From assembly GCF_963676685.1 (NCBI RefSeq), contig NC_092357.1, positions 35,526,001 through 35,590,000 of the forward strand: DNA of 64,000 nucleotides, read 5' to 3'. The position numbers were made by a program, and so were the translations under genes. The stretch comes from Mytilus edulis. Taxonomy: Eukaryota. The notes beneath the pieces are model-generated. The model searched no databases. It saw only the letters and a list, made by a program, of their open reading frames with translations, and was not told where the DNA came from. Position 1 is the first letter of the stretch. The number at the start of each line of letters is the position of its first letter. Positions 41,443 through 52,247 of the stretch are shown piece after piece.

Positions 41443-41757
41443 CTTTAACACTGACTGTTGAAACTTCTCCATTTAAATACGGAAATGAGGTGACATTAAA
41501 ATGTTTATACTCTGGACCAATAACATGTTGTTCATCCTCTTCAAGGGTTTGGAGACGTGATGGAACATACATTATGAGTGATGGTGTTCAAGTTGATAAT
41601 ACAAAAAAATACGAAGAGAGAGTTAATACCGCAGGCCATTATTTTGAATTGAAAATATTCAACCTTGAGGAGTCAGATTTCGGTAAAGTATTTCAGTGTC
41701 AGTATGGTTTCTCAACCAGCAATTCCGTTACTTTAACAAAGGATTTTACTCATGAAC
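41443..41757 (+). CDS. Ig-Ig-CTLD lectin, Ig domain exon copy 1
   Basis: 315-nt phase 1-1 exon (tttcag|...GAAC|GTAAGT). Ig hallmarks: VTLKC, RVW, FELKIFNL, SDFGKVFQC. Confidence 0.9.
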
Positions 41758-42407
41758 GTAAGTATTGATGTTATGTTAATCAAACAAGATTTTCAAGCTA
41801 CTTGTTTAAGGAATCATTGATGTTTAGAACTCAAATTTAAATTTTAGGTTGGATTTTTGTTAGGAAAGTTGTATAATCCTCGATAGCTGGGAAAACAGTT
41901 ATATAACTTTAATCTGTACTCGGAATTCAAACATGACAAAATATGTGCTCCATATAATGAATTAAGTGTTTTGATCGTTTGAAATCTGAGTTTTAGTACG
42001 ATCGGAATGTTTATGATCGCAAGGCCTTATCATGACCCCATTTTTATTGATACATGCTTTTCTTATTTGTTTGAAATTTAAAAATCAATGATATCTAAGA
42101 TGTTTCGTCGTGTGTTGTCTTCAGACGTTGTTGGCTGTCGTTGTCGAAGTCTTCTTAACCCATCTCTACGGAACCTAATAGGCAAATTGGAACATCGTCA
42201 TTGTAGTACATTTCATCTTGTTTAACAAACTTGTCAGATTATCCCATCTACCAACCAACAGTGACTACACAAACAACGATAGACGAGAAGATTAATAAAT
42301 AAGTCAGCTCTACTATATTTAATCGTTGATTCCTCAAAGGAGTTTAGAACTTAAATGATGTTTAAGAGATTTCCCTTTTAAAAAAATGTTTCCATTTGTT
42401 ATTTCAG

Positions 42408-42722
42408 CTTTAACACTGACTGTTGAAACTTCTCCATTTAAATACGGAAATGAGGTGACATTAAAATGTTTATACTCTGGACCAATAACATGTTGTTCAT
42501 CCTCTTCAAGGGTTTGGAGACGTGATGGAACATACATTATGAGTGATGGTGTTCAAGTTGATAATACAAAAAAATACGAAGAGACAGTTAATGCTGCAGG
42601 CCATTTTTTTGAATTGAAAATATTCAACCTTGGGGAGTCAGATTTCGGTAAAGTATTTCAGTGTCAGTATGGTTTCTCAACCAGCAATTCCGTTACTTTA
42701 ACAAAGGATTTTACTCATGGAC
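42408..42722 (+). CDS. Ig-Ig-CTLD lectin, Ig domain exon copy 2
   Basis: Near-identical 315-nt phase 1-1 exon with intact splice sites (GGAC|GTAAGT); 5 amino-acid differences from copy 1. Confidence 0.85.
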
Positions 42723-43631
42723 GTAAGTATTGATGTTATGTTAACCAAACAAGATTTTCAAGCTACTTGTTAAAGGACATCATTGATGTTTAGAACTAAA
42801 ATTTAAATTTTAGGTTGGATTTTTGTTAGGAAAGTTGTATAATCCTCGATAGCTGAGAAAACAGTTATATAACTTTAATCTGTACTCGGAATTCAAACAT
42901 GACAAAATGTGTGCTCCATATAATGAATTAGGTGTTTTGATCGGTTGATCTGAGTTTTAGTACGATCGGAATGTTTATGATCGCAAGGTCTTATCATGAC
43001 CCCATTTTTATTGATACATGTATGGAGTTTTGAACAAAAGTTAAAGGGTTATTCTATTTTTGTGGTATGGTAAGATAAGAGAAAATTATAAAAAGCAAAT
43101 TTGACTATCTATAAAACGGCAACATTTGTCGTCAACTCCTTATATGGCCATTTGTTTGCATCTTTGATAAAAAGTATAGTAGATTAAATTTTAATCAAAC
43201 AATGATGATATTCACTGACCGTTACAGAGTACTGACTTCTACTTTGAGCTGGTGATAACCTTCGGAACAAACAGTCTACAAGCAGATAAATCGACCATGT
43301 GGTAGTAATAGCATTACTGCTACATACTTACTGCACAAGTTGTGTAATTCACCATGTCTCTTTATTGGTGTTCGCACCAAAACATAAAAAAGAAAACACC
43401 AAACCTGAAGAGCCGATCAAACCAAAAAAAGTGATCTCAAGTAGAACAAAATCAGGATAATTAATCATATTTTAAATAATCACATTCCTTGATTTAAGAT
43501 GATTTTCAAAGTTTCTTAAAAATCAACCAGTACCTATCTTTTTGGCAACACCATCACCATGCATAAAGATAACCTGTAAACAGAAATAACGATATGTAGA
43601 CTGATATTCAGATGTGATTTCATATTTTCAG

Positions 43632-43732
43632 ATAGCCTGTATGACTTGTGTCCATCGAACTGGACCAGGTTTGCTGATTCTTGTTACTATCCCAGCACTC
43701 ATGGGCAAGTTCATAACTTCCACACTGCAGCG
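43632..43732 (+). CDS. Ig-Ig-CTLD lectin, CTLD exon a (SLYDLCPSNWTRFADSCYYPSTHGQVHNFHTAA)
   Basis: ttttcag| acceptor, phase 1-0, long-form CTLD start CPxxWxxFxxSCY, donor GCG|GTAAAT. Confidence 0.9.
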
Positions 43733-44453
43733 GTAAATTATGTTTTAAACTAATAAGATTTCCAAATGTTATGTTATCAATGCAATTAAGCCAACAGATG
43801 AGCAGCACAAAGTTAATTGATTGGTTGCATCGATTGTGTCAGATATTTTGAAAATAACCGTGCAATTTCACTTTTCTGTTTGCAGTTTTCAGTCAATTTT
43901 TAAAAATGCAGTTGAACATGTGAATTCGTTTGGTACATGTATCAGTATTGTTTTTACATAAGTCTTGTGAATGCTTTTGTCATCAATTATTGTTCAAGTG
44001 TTCGAAATACTAAAATAAAAGAAAACAACACGCTTAATAATTTATTGCGTCCGATGCGCTTTTCTTGATTTACCTTCATCAGGAACGCTAAAAGCCAAAC
44101 ATTTGAAATCCGAAGATGTATAAATACCGAAAATCGACTAAAATTTTCAACTAGTGTCAACCTATTTTTCGTACCATTATGTATGACCTTGACACGTATA
44201 TATGTCTTAAAGTTCCCTACCAATCTGTTACAATCAAAGCATTTTCTTTTTTGCGTAGTATTGACTAGCTTTATTATTCTTCGACTTTTTGTATAATTAT
44301 GTTCTTTTTGAGGACACACATCCAGCATTCTATCTTTATTTTTAGCTCTTCGGTGCTTTGGTTGTCCTATATGAACGGCAATGAATGAAACAAAGTATAT
44401 ATGAAATATTTCATATTTTAATGGAAATTTTTAAATGCAATTAAATTTTACAG

Positions 44454-44538
44454 ACATTTTGTAATGGACATAATTCGCACTTGGTGGAATTAGATTCCCC
44501 AGAGGAACAAGTATTTATGGAGAAGTTGATCAACAAAA
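44454..44538 (+). CDS. Ig-Ig-CTLD lectin, CTLD exon b (TFCNGHNSHLVELDSPEEQVFMEKLINK)
   Basis: ttttacag| acceptor, phase 0-1, typical C...HLVxxxSxEExxF motif, donor AAA|GTAAGA. Confidence 0.9.
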
Positions 44539-44632
44539 GTAAGATAAATAAAGGCAACAGTAGTATACGTCTGTTCTAAGGTCGTAAATCGATAGATGGA
44601 AAACAACTCTTGGTTACATTTATATATGTATC

Positions 44633-44995
44633 AGTATTGTTTCCATGTTCAGTAGACCGTGAAATTGGGGTCAAACTTTAATTTGGCATTCAAATTAGAA
44701 ATATAATAGCATAAGGAACATGAGTACTAAGTTTCAAGTTGATTAAACTACAACTTCATCAATAACTACCTTGACCAAAAACTTTAACTAAAAACTGTAA
44801 TCTGAACTATGCACTATCATTTTCCATGTTCAGTGGACCATGACATTGAGGTCAAACTTTAATATGGCATTGAAAATATAACGATCATATCATGGGGAAC
44901 ATATGTACTAAGTTTCAAGTTGATTGGACTTCAAATTCATCAAAAACTACCTTGTCCAAAAACTTTAACCTGAAGCCGGACAAACGGACGCACGT
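44633..44995. repeat. Two units of a ~180-bp satellite followed by GACA/GACG repeats (Helentron-associated, resembles the main Mytilus satellite)
   Basis: TTCCATGTTCAGT.GACC.TGA.ATTG.GGTCAAAC...GTACTAAGTTTCAAGTTGATT at 44641 and 44822. Family identity is from recognition only. Confidence 0.7.
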
Positions 44996-45054
44996 ATTAT
45001 GTTGGTTTATGTAATGTATTCGTTTTTAATTTGTATTTAGTTAATACTTCGGTT

Positions 45055-45875
45055 GTATCATGTATATCTATTATATAGTCATTTTATAAAATTTACTGTT
45101 TGCATAAGTATAAATAATTTTAAATAATAAGGATGTTCTTATCCCAAGCAGAAAACTCTAGTCGTATTAGGCACAATTTTTTTGAAATTTTCTTCCTAGT
45201 GCTGTTCAACTTTTTACTTGTTTTTGACTTTCGAACTTTTTCCATCTGAGCGTCACTGGTTAGTCTTATGTCGACGAAACGCACTTCTGGCGTATTTAAT
45301 TTTTATCTGGTGCCTATTGTTAGCTATTGTTCGTGTGTTTCTCTGTCCTATATGTTCTCCTATTTATTTGTATTGTAGTCCTGTAATGTTATGTTGTCAT
45401 TTTCATGTTATATTTAACATTGCCATTAAAGCGGGAGGTTTGGCATGCCACAAAACTAGGTTTAACCCACCATTTTTTTTCTTTAAAAAATTTCATGTAC
45501 CAAGTCAAGAAAATGGCCATTGTTAAATTATTGTTCGTTTCTGTGTGTGTTACATTTTTACGTTGTGTTTCTGTTGAGTCGTGTGTTTCCTCTTATATTT
45601 GAGTGTGAACTCACATAGCTATAAGACGTGTCGTGATACCTTTCTATCCCAAATTCATGTATTTAGTTTTGATGTTATATTTGTTATTCTCATCGGATTT
45701 TGTCTAATGCTTAGTTCTGTGTGTGTTACATTTTAAGATTGTGTTTCTGTTGTGTCGTTGTTCTCATCTTATATTTATTGCGTTTCCCTCAGTTTTAGTT
45801 TGTAACCCGAATTTGTTTTTTTTTCTATCGATTTATGAGTTTCGAACAGCGGTATACTACTGTTGCCGTCATTTA
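45055..45875 (+). repeat. Composite PLE-associated repeat with a degenerate hammerhead (45248-45293)
   Basis: GAGCGTCACTGGTTAGTC...GACGAAACGCAC (mutated core) inside a lectin-gene intron. Confidence 0.6.
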
Positions 45876-46754
45876 ACTACACATAGTATTAATAAATATG
45901 ACTTTAAGGAAGTGTTATCTTTATAGTAGATAACATCGTCTTTCCTGTTGTAAATTCTCCTCCTTTGTGGTGATATTATGTGGTAAAATTAAGCATTCCT
46001 TAGCAAACAGCCTTAATAATTTTTGACAAAAGTGAGATCCCTAGAGTAAAAAAAATCCCTAAGAACTCGAAAAACGAAATCCTGTCTTACAACACCAAAT
46101 CCAACAACAACATGTATATTGGTTAAATTCTAAATTTAGAGTACAGTAATCGTGCTACAGATTTTTATGACTGCAAGACTGAAGTTTAAGATTTGAGAGT
46201 TGTGGATGAATGCTACTCCAATCGAAACAAATCTGGTCAGAAAAAATATACATCTATATATAGGAGCATGAAAAACCAACAACAGTACCACATGTGAGGC
46301 AAAATCTACTATTATTCGACAGCACCTGAGCTCACCCCCAGTTTTTGGTTGGGTTTATCTTGATCAGTCTGTATTTTATGTTTTGTTTTTTGTACTGTTT
46401 TTGTTCCGTTTGTAAGCCATGGCGTTGTCAGTATAGTTTTGACTAATTAGTTTAAATAAAATTGAGAACGGAAATGGGGAATGTGTCAAAGAGACAACAA
46501 CCCAACCATAGAAAAGACAACAGCAGAAGGCCACCAATAGGTCTTCAATGCAACGAGAAATTCCCGGACCCGGAGGCGTCCTTCAGCTGACCCCTAAACA
46601 AATATATATACTTGTTCAGTGTTTACAATGTGCAAAACCAAAATTGTATATTAGGCATAAAACAACAAATCAAAGTACACGTACGTCACATTCGGTTTCA
46701 AATGTTCGTTTAGTATCCTCGGCTTATTTGTTATTATTCTGATATAATTTTTAG

Positions 46755-46885
46755 CTAATTCATTACATGATTTTTGGATTGGTGCTAACGACATTGATCA
46801 CGAGGGTATTTGGAAGTGGAATGGTTCTAACACTGTATTGAATTACAGCCACTGGTGTACTGGAGAACCGAACAATGCATTACAG
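46755..46885 (+). CDS. Ig-Ig-CTLD lectin, CTLD exon c (NSLHDFWIGANDIDHEGIWKWNGSNTVLNYSHWCTGEPNNALQ)
   Basis: tttttag| acceptor, phase 1-0, WIG, EGxWxW and EPN motifs, donor CAG|GTATGC. Confidence 0.93.
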
Positions 46886-46904
46886 GTATGCATGAAATGT
46901 AGTT

Positions 46905-47045
46905 CAGTGAAAACTGTCTAAATCGAACCTCTTTGGGATTTGTTCAGTTTTGGCAGATAAGATTTGATATGATTAGACTAATTTATATATATGTTTTCGA
47001 CAGGTTGTCGTTTTCTGCAAGATTCAAATAAGACAGGTGTCACTG
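46905..47045. mobile_element. Short Tc1/mariner-type MITE remnant
   Basis: CAGTGAAAACTGTCT ... AGACAGGTGTCACTG|TA termini. Confidence 0.5.
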
Positions 47046-47312
47046 TACATCTAAGTCACAATATGTAAAATCAAAACAGTTATAGGTCAAAGTACGGACT
47101 TCCAACACAGAGCCATGGCTCACATCAAACAGTAAGCTATGAAGGGCCCTAAAATGACTAATGTAAAACCATTTAAACGAGAAAACCACGGTCTAATTTT
47201 TATAAAAACGAGAAACGAGAAACAAGTATTTACCACGATAACTACTTAAACATCAGGATCCTGACAAAGAAATCGCTGTTTTTAAATCATTGATTTCGTT
47301 CTTTTTCTTCAG

Positions 47313-47416
47313 GGTGAAGATTGTGCAGCTCTAAATGTCAACAATATTCCAGGCAAAAATTTCTGCTGGAATGATTACAGTTGCAAAAGTTATCATAACT
47401 TTGTATGTGAGAAAAG
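47313..47416 (+). CDS. Ig-Ig-CTLD lectin, CTLD exon d (GEDCAALNVNNIPGKNFCWNDYSCKSYHNFVCEK)
   Basis: Polypyrimidine acceptor, phase 0, EDC, WND and VCEK motifs. Ends at AG|GTAAAA (phase 2), or reads through to TAA at 47418-47420. Confidence 0.93.
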
Positions 47417-48520
47417 GTAAAATTCAAATAAAGATAGGTATAGATTATCAGGTTGATCAGTAGATCAAAAAGCCTTCATTTTGTGTCGAGCAGCTGATAT
47501 TTTACAATATCAATATGCAGATAAAATGTTTACAATGTGCAAATTCAGTATTTTATATTAGGCATAAAACCAACAAATCAAAGTACACGTACGTCACATT
47601 CGGTTTCAAACGGAAAGGGATCGAAAAATATTCCTTTAATTTTTACATTAGTATAAAGTAATTTCATTGCAAAACAAAATTCCTAAGCTTAAACATATAT
47701 CTTAATGGTTAAAAAAGACTAATCTTATTCCAATTGGAGTTTCAATATTATATTTTGTAAATTTAAGATTACATGGTTACTGAAACAGTGCAGAGGATAA
47801 ATTTGATGACAATTCGATTGGTTAACACCCAAAGATAGTTTCAGTTAGAATCCAGTGATGGTTATTGTTGACGGGTGCCACATGTGGAGCAGGATCTGCT
47901 TACCCTTCCGGAGCACCTGAGATCACCCCCAGTTTTTATTGGGGTTCGTATTGCTTAGTCTTTAGTGTTCTCTGTTTGTCTCTATTTATATTCTAGCCAT
48001 GGCGATGTCAATTTATTTTCAATCTATGGGTTTGACTGTCCCTGAGGTATCTTTCGCCCCTCTTTTCTTATCGTATATGCAATGAAATGGTGTATGATAT
48101 TTTAATTGTAAAATACTGGATACAATTTAACTCGTGTCAAGTGTTTCTTGGTTTAAAACAACGAGACATTCTGCACATTTTATTGAAAAGTGCAAATTAA
48201 ACAAATACTAACGGAGAAAACAGTATCATGCATGTAGACGGCTTTAAAACGACCGATTAAACGATAAACATCACTTCATTTGGTACAAAATTCTAACCTC
48301 ATTCAATATAAAAATATTTGACAAAAGCTTTTTTGAAACATTATAAACAAATTCCAACATTTGTATGATATTTATTACATGGAAACCTGACTAAACCAAA
48401 TATTGTGTAAACAAAACATCTGTCTAAACCTTACAGCAGGTTAAATCCCGAAGAGATTTGGTGTAGACAGGTTTTACTGTAATAAGGTCGCATAATAATA
48501 CAGATTATTTTTTATTTCAG

Positions 48521-48602
48521 TATTTCGGCAGTAAGTACAACAACCAATACGTATACTCTCCCAACAGGAACACTGGAATGGAGAACAGTAGCAAGAAAAT
48601 GA
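48521..48602 (+). CDS. Ig-Ig-CTLD lectin, terminal exon (ISAVSTTTNTYTLPTGTLEWRTVARK*)
   Basis: Strong acceptor tttttatttcag|, phase 2 matching the upstream donor, TGA stop, AATAAA at 48743-48748. Confidence 0.6.
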
Positions 48603-49111
48603 AATTATTGTTTTAAAGATATAAGTTTACGTTTTTATGTTAATATTGTAATTTCTTAATTCCGTATTTCCTTCAAATTTGCTGCATTTAGATCTGTTTC
48701 AAAATAATTAGGAAGCAGTGAGATGGCTTAAAAAAATGGTATAATAAACAATCATTGAGAAAACCAATCAGTCAGGAAACACAAAAAAGAACCACAAAAC
48801 AGACGTTCATTCTAAAAATACGACGCGTTTATAAAGTTTACTGAAATATGAGAAACAACTATTTATGCCGCTAGCTTTAAAGTAGATATATATACTTTGG
48901 AATTCAAACAATGATTGAAAAAATAACAGAAAAGACAAACTAATACTACCACACAAGTATAGTCCTCCGATCTCAGAGCACCCATAGTCCTGTTATTTGA
49001 CATTTTTCGTCAAGTTTCAAGCGTTATTCAAAAGAAGCAAAAAAAAATTTTTGTTTAAGTCCATATACATGTTTCAAAATAATATCAGTACATGTACATT
49101 TTACCAATATA

Positions 49112-49745
49112 CAATTATGGCCCGTTGAGAAGGTGAATATCCAAAAATGTCAACACGAGAATATTATTTACTGAGGGCGCATTCCGAAGTTACACAACGT
49201 TGAAGGGTTGACAGTTTTGAATATTCATCGATTTTCAGGCGCCACAATTGTTTTATTATAGCGAACTAAGAGTGGAAGGGCCTTTTGAACACTTGCTGTA
49301 TTTTTCTAGGAACAAACACAAGCTGACGATTCAAAATACATTTCTGTTTTAGAATTTCTCGAATGTACAACAAAAGAAGAAGCTTTTTGTAATATATTGA
49401 TGGCCCTGAAAAGGACTGTTTGTAAGAAATACCATCCACCGCTACATTGCTGGCATAACATACATATTTAAAGCTTCATTTTCTCGTGATCAATGGGCTT
49501 CCAGTGTAACGTGAACGCTGAAATTTTGTTCATTTACTTCTGTGATGTTATTTTTTTTGGAAATAACTCTTGTACAAATCTAGAAATCCAAACGGTTATT
49601 CGCCTGTGAACAATATGGTTATTCAACGCTGATGTCAATTTTCAGGGTTATTCGACGTCCTTCTTGCAATTAAATGAATATTTACTGAATTATTCCATGT
49701 CACGTGATAACGTGTTTACCCAATAGAATTGTTCGTAATGTATAT
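49112..49745 (-). mobile_element. Degenerate terminal-hairpin element in reverse orientation
   Basis: Imperfect hairpin 49112-49250 (GAATATCCAAAAATGTCAAC / GTTGACAGTTTTGAATATTC); CCAATAGAA near the opposite end. Confidence 0.4.
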
Positions 49746-51404
49746 TTATACCAGTTGTTATGCACAAAGTGATGCTCTAGATCAAAATAATTGAAATTTC
49801 AAAGCACAGTATGAACAACAAAATCAAGAAAGTACGACTTAAAAAGTCGTTCTGTGTATAGTTCTAATATTAAATATTGCCAATAATTTGAATGCTTCTG
49901 ACAAATTAAAGATTTAAAAAAGACGAACGTTAAAAAAAATGTTTTCTTTTGTTACAAGTCATACAATAGGACTGATGCTCAAAGTTTTTAGTAGTCCTTT
50001 AGCTTAGGGAAAGATTTGTTCACCCTCAAAAAATCAAATTGCCGAAGGGCGATCTAACAAGTTTAATCGCGCCATATGCTGTAAGTACATGTATGTGCCT
50101 GTCCCAAGTCAGGAACCTGTAATCGGTAGTTGTTGTTTGTGGATGTGTTACCTTTTTTTTTCGGTCATTTTTGTACATAAATTATTCCGTTAGTTTTCTC
50201 GTATGAATATATTTACATTTGTCATTTCGGGGCCTTTTATAGTTGACCATGCGCTATGGTCTTTGTGCATTGTGGAAGGCCGTACTGTGACCTATAATTT
50301 ATAATGTCTTTGTCATTTGGTCTCTTTTTGAGAGCTGTCTCATTGGCAATCATACCACATCTTCTTTTTTTTTAATTTTAGTAAGTTTTTTATAATAGTT
50401 CTTATCGAAGTTAAATAACGAGTATTGATAACCCGACATTTACCAATATTCATGAATTTTTAAGACTGTTTTATCATTTAATAAATGTGCTTTGTGTTGA
50501 AAGCTGCAATTTAAAACAAGGTTGCTTTTTTCGAATATTTACTTCAAATTAATTGACACCTCTACTGTGTGACGTCATAGGTCCGGTTCCGGAATCATTA
50601 GGCTGTGTTTAGCTTTTATACGCTACATAATGAAATCAAATTTGACAAACAAAATGTTAGCCGGTGGAAATGTGAGTTTCTCTGTATGATAGAACTCACA
50701 TTTCTACATTGCGAAGGATGGAAAGTCAAGGTCAACATATAAAAGTGTCATCTTGTATCATTGAATCAAGAACTCGTTCACTTGCACTTTTATTGACACA
50801 ATTTGATTTCATATACCACCCATGACATAATTATATATGTATATTTTCAACACTCAAACACTTCTCTTTCATTTTTTATGAGCAGGGCCACAAAGTGTGC
50901 AGAGCTTTAAATAAATTTATAGCGAATGGAATGTAGTAAAGTAAACGATTTACTCCTAAGATAATACAGTTATGTACAAGACGACTTTTGTATTTAGCTT
51001 TTATTACCAATATATTCAGACAAGTAACGGAATGCAGTGACATGTGATTGTCGTAAACAAATGTGTTTGGTTATCGCAAAAACGATAGTCTACATTTGTT
51101 GCGGCAATGAAGAAGACCTTGTCAGTATAGCTAGTACATATTAAAGAAAATTTTAATTTAAATTTAAAGACGATATTGAAAAAAATGACGAGCAAACCTT
51201 TATCAAACAACTTAATCATGATCATTAGATTGAAAAAAAAGACATTTTACAGCTTACGTTTGATTTCTAGAGAATTCAATTTGATTAAAATAGCATTTAT
51301 TTGCAAAGTCAGTAATAAATCAACGAATGTTGCAATAAACTAACCTTGAACAAGAACGGATTATGTAGGAAAAATTCAATGAAATAAGTAAATTGAGCTT
51401 TTAA

Positions 51405-51824
51405 GGTGGTATGGGAGTCTAATCAGAAAATGATAGAATTTGTTCATACTTTGCCAAAACGTAGTATCTATTGATATATATTTAAAAATATAATAAAAGA
51501 ATAGACTTGTATAATAAATTACGAAAAGATAGCTTTCAGACAATGCTTTGAGAATATCAAAAGAAAAAATTAATTGTAGATTCCTTCAGAAAATGTACTG
51601 TTTTAAAGTTACCTCCCCTTAAAATGCTAACTTAAAACATTCAAAAACAATAAAAAATAATCCGAACTTGTGAAAAAAATAATATTTATAAGTTATATTC
51701 TTTAAATGAACAATTACATTATATATCTGCATTTCTGCATCACATTTTGCCAACTTCATAGAAAATCTGGACCTTAGGTTCTCTGTTTTTTACAATCAAG
51801 ATAGCGAAAGACACCCATACCACC
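51405..51824. mobile_element. Kolobok-type MITE or solo LTDR, 420 bp, TTAA TSD
   Basis: TTAA|GGTGGTATGGGAGTCT ... AGACACCCATACCACC|TTAA. Confidence 0.85.
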
Positions 51825-51853
51825 TTAAGAATGTTTGGTCCTCAATGCTCTTT

Positions 51854-52010
51854 AACTTCGTACTTTGTTTGGCCTTTTTAAACAAAAAATATCTGAGTGT
51901 CCCTGACAAGTCTTTTGTGGACGAAAAGCGCGTCTGGCGCAAATACAAAACTTCAATCCTGGTATTTATGATGTGTTTATTTATCTATATTTCTTTATCT
52001 TATATTAAAT
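51854..52010. repeat. Left copy of a 157-bp duplication flanking the L1/Tx1 element
   Basis: Matches 58543-58700 with 2 substitutions and one 1-bp indel. Confidence 0.9.
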
Positions 52011-52247
52011 GGGGGTGATTACGAACGCACCTTTGAACAGGATGTAGTCATTGCGAGGTCTCGATGAAAATTAGTCTTTGGTGAGTTCAGAGTTAATATC
52101 AAGCATGTGATCTAAATCCATAACCTTTATAGCGTTTATTGAATATTATAATAGACAAAAAAGACTGTTTTATCGACAGAATAACCCCTTATTCCTTTTT
52201 TCAGTTTGCAGGATAAGGGGGATTGTGCGGTGCGCCTGACTTTTTAA

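Larger units (their letters stand above)
41090..43020 (+). repeat. Tandem duplication, 2 x ~965 bp, containing the Ig exon
   Basis: 41090-42056 and 42055-43020 align end to end (tgcttttcttatttg ... ttgatacatg) with a TG microhomology at the junction. Confidence 0.95.

Noticed and set aside
41421-41768. ORF-track proteins 41421-41768 and 42386-42733 as standalone Ig genes
   Set aside because: Their ATG and stop are intronic; the real exons are bounded by consensus splice sites. The antisense ORFs 41369-41572 and 42334-42537 are shadows.
50570-50703. TGACGTCA plus ATG...|GTGAGT as the first exon of another gene
   Set aside because: The apparent donor is part of a small inverted repeat (AAATGTGAGTT/AACTCACATTT) and no downstream exons were found.
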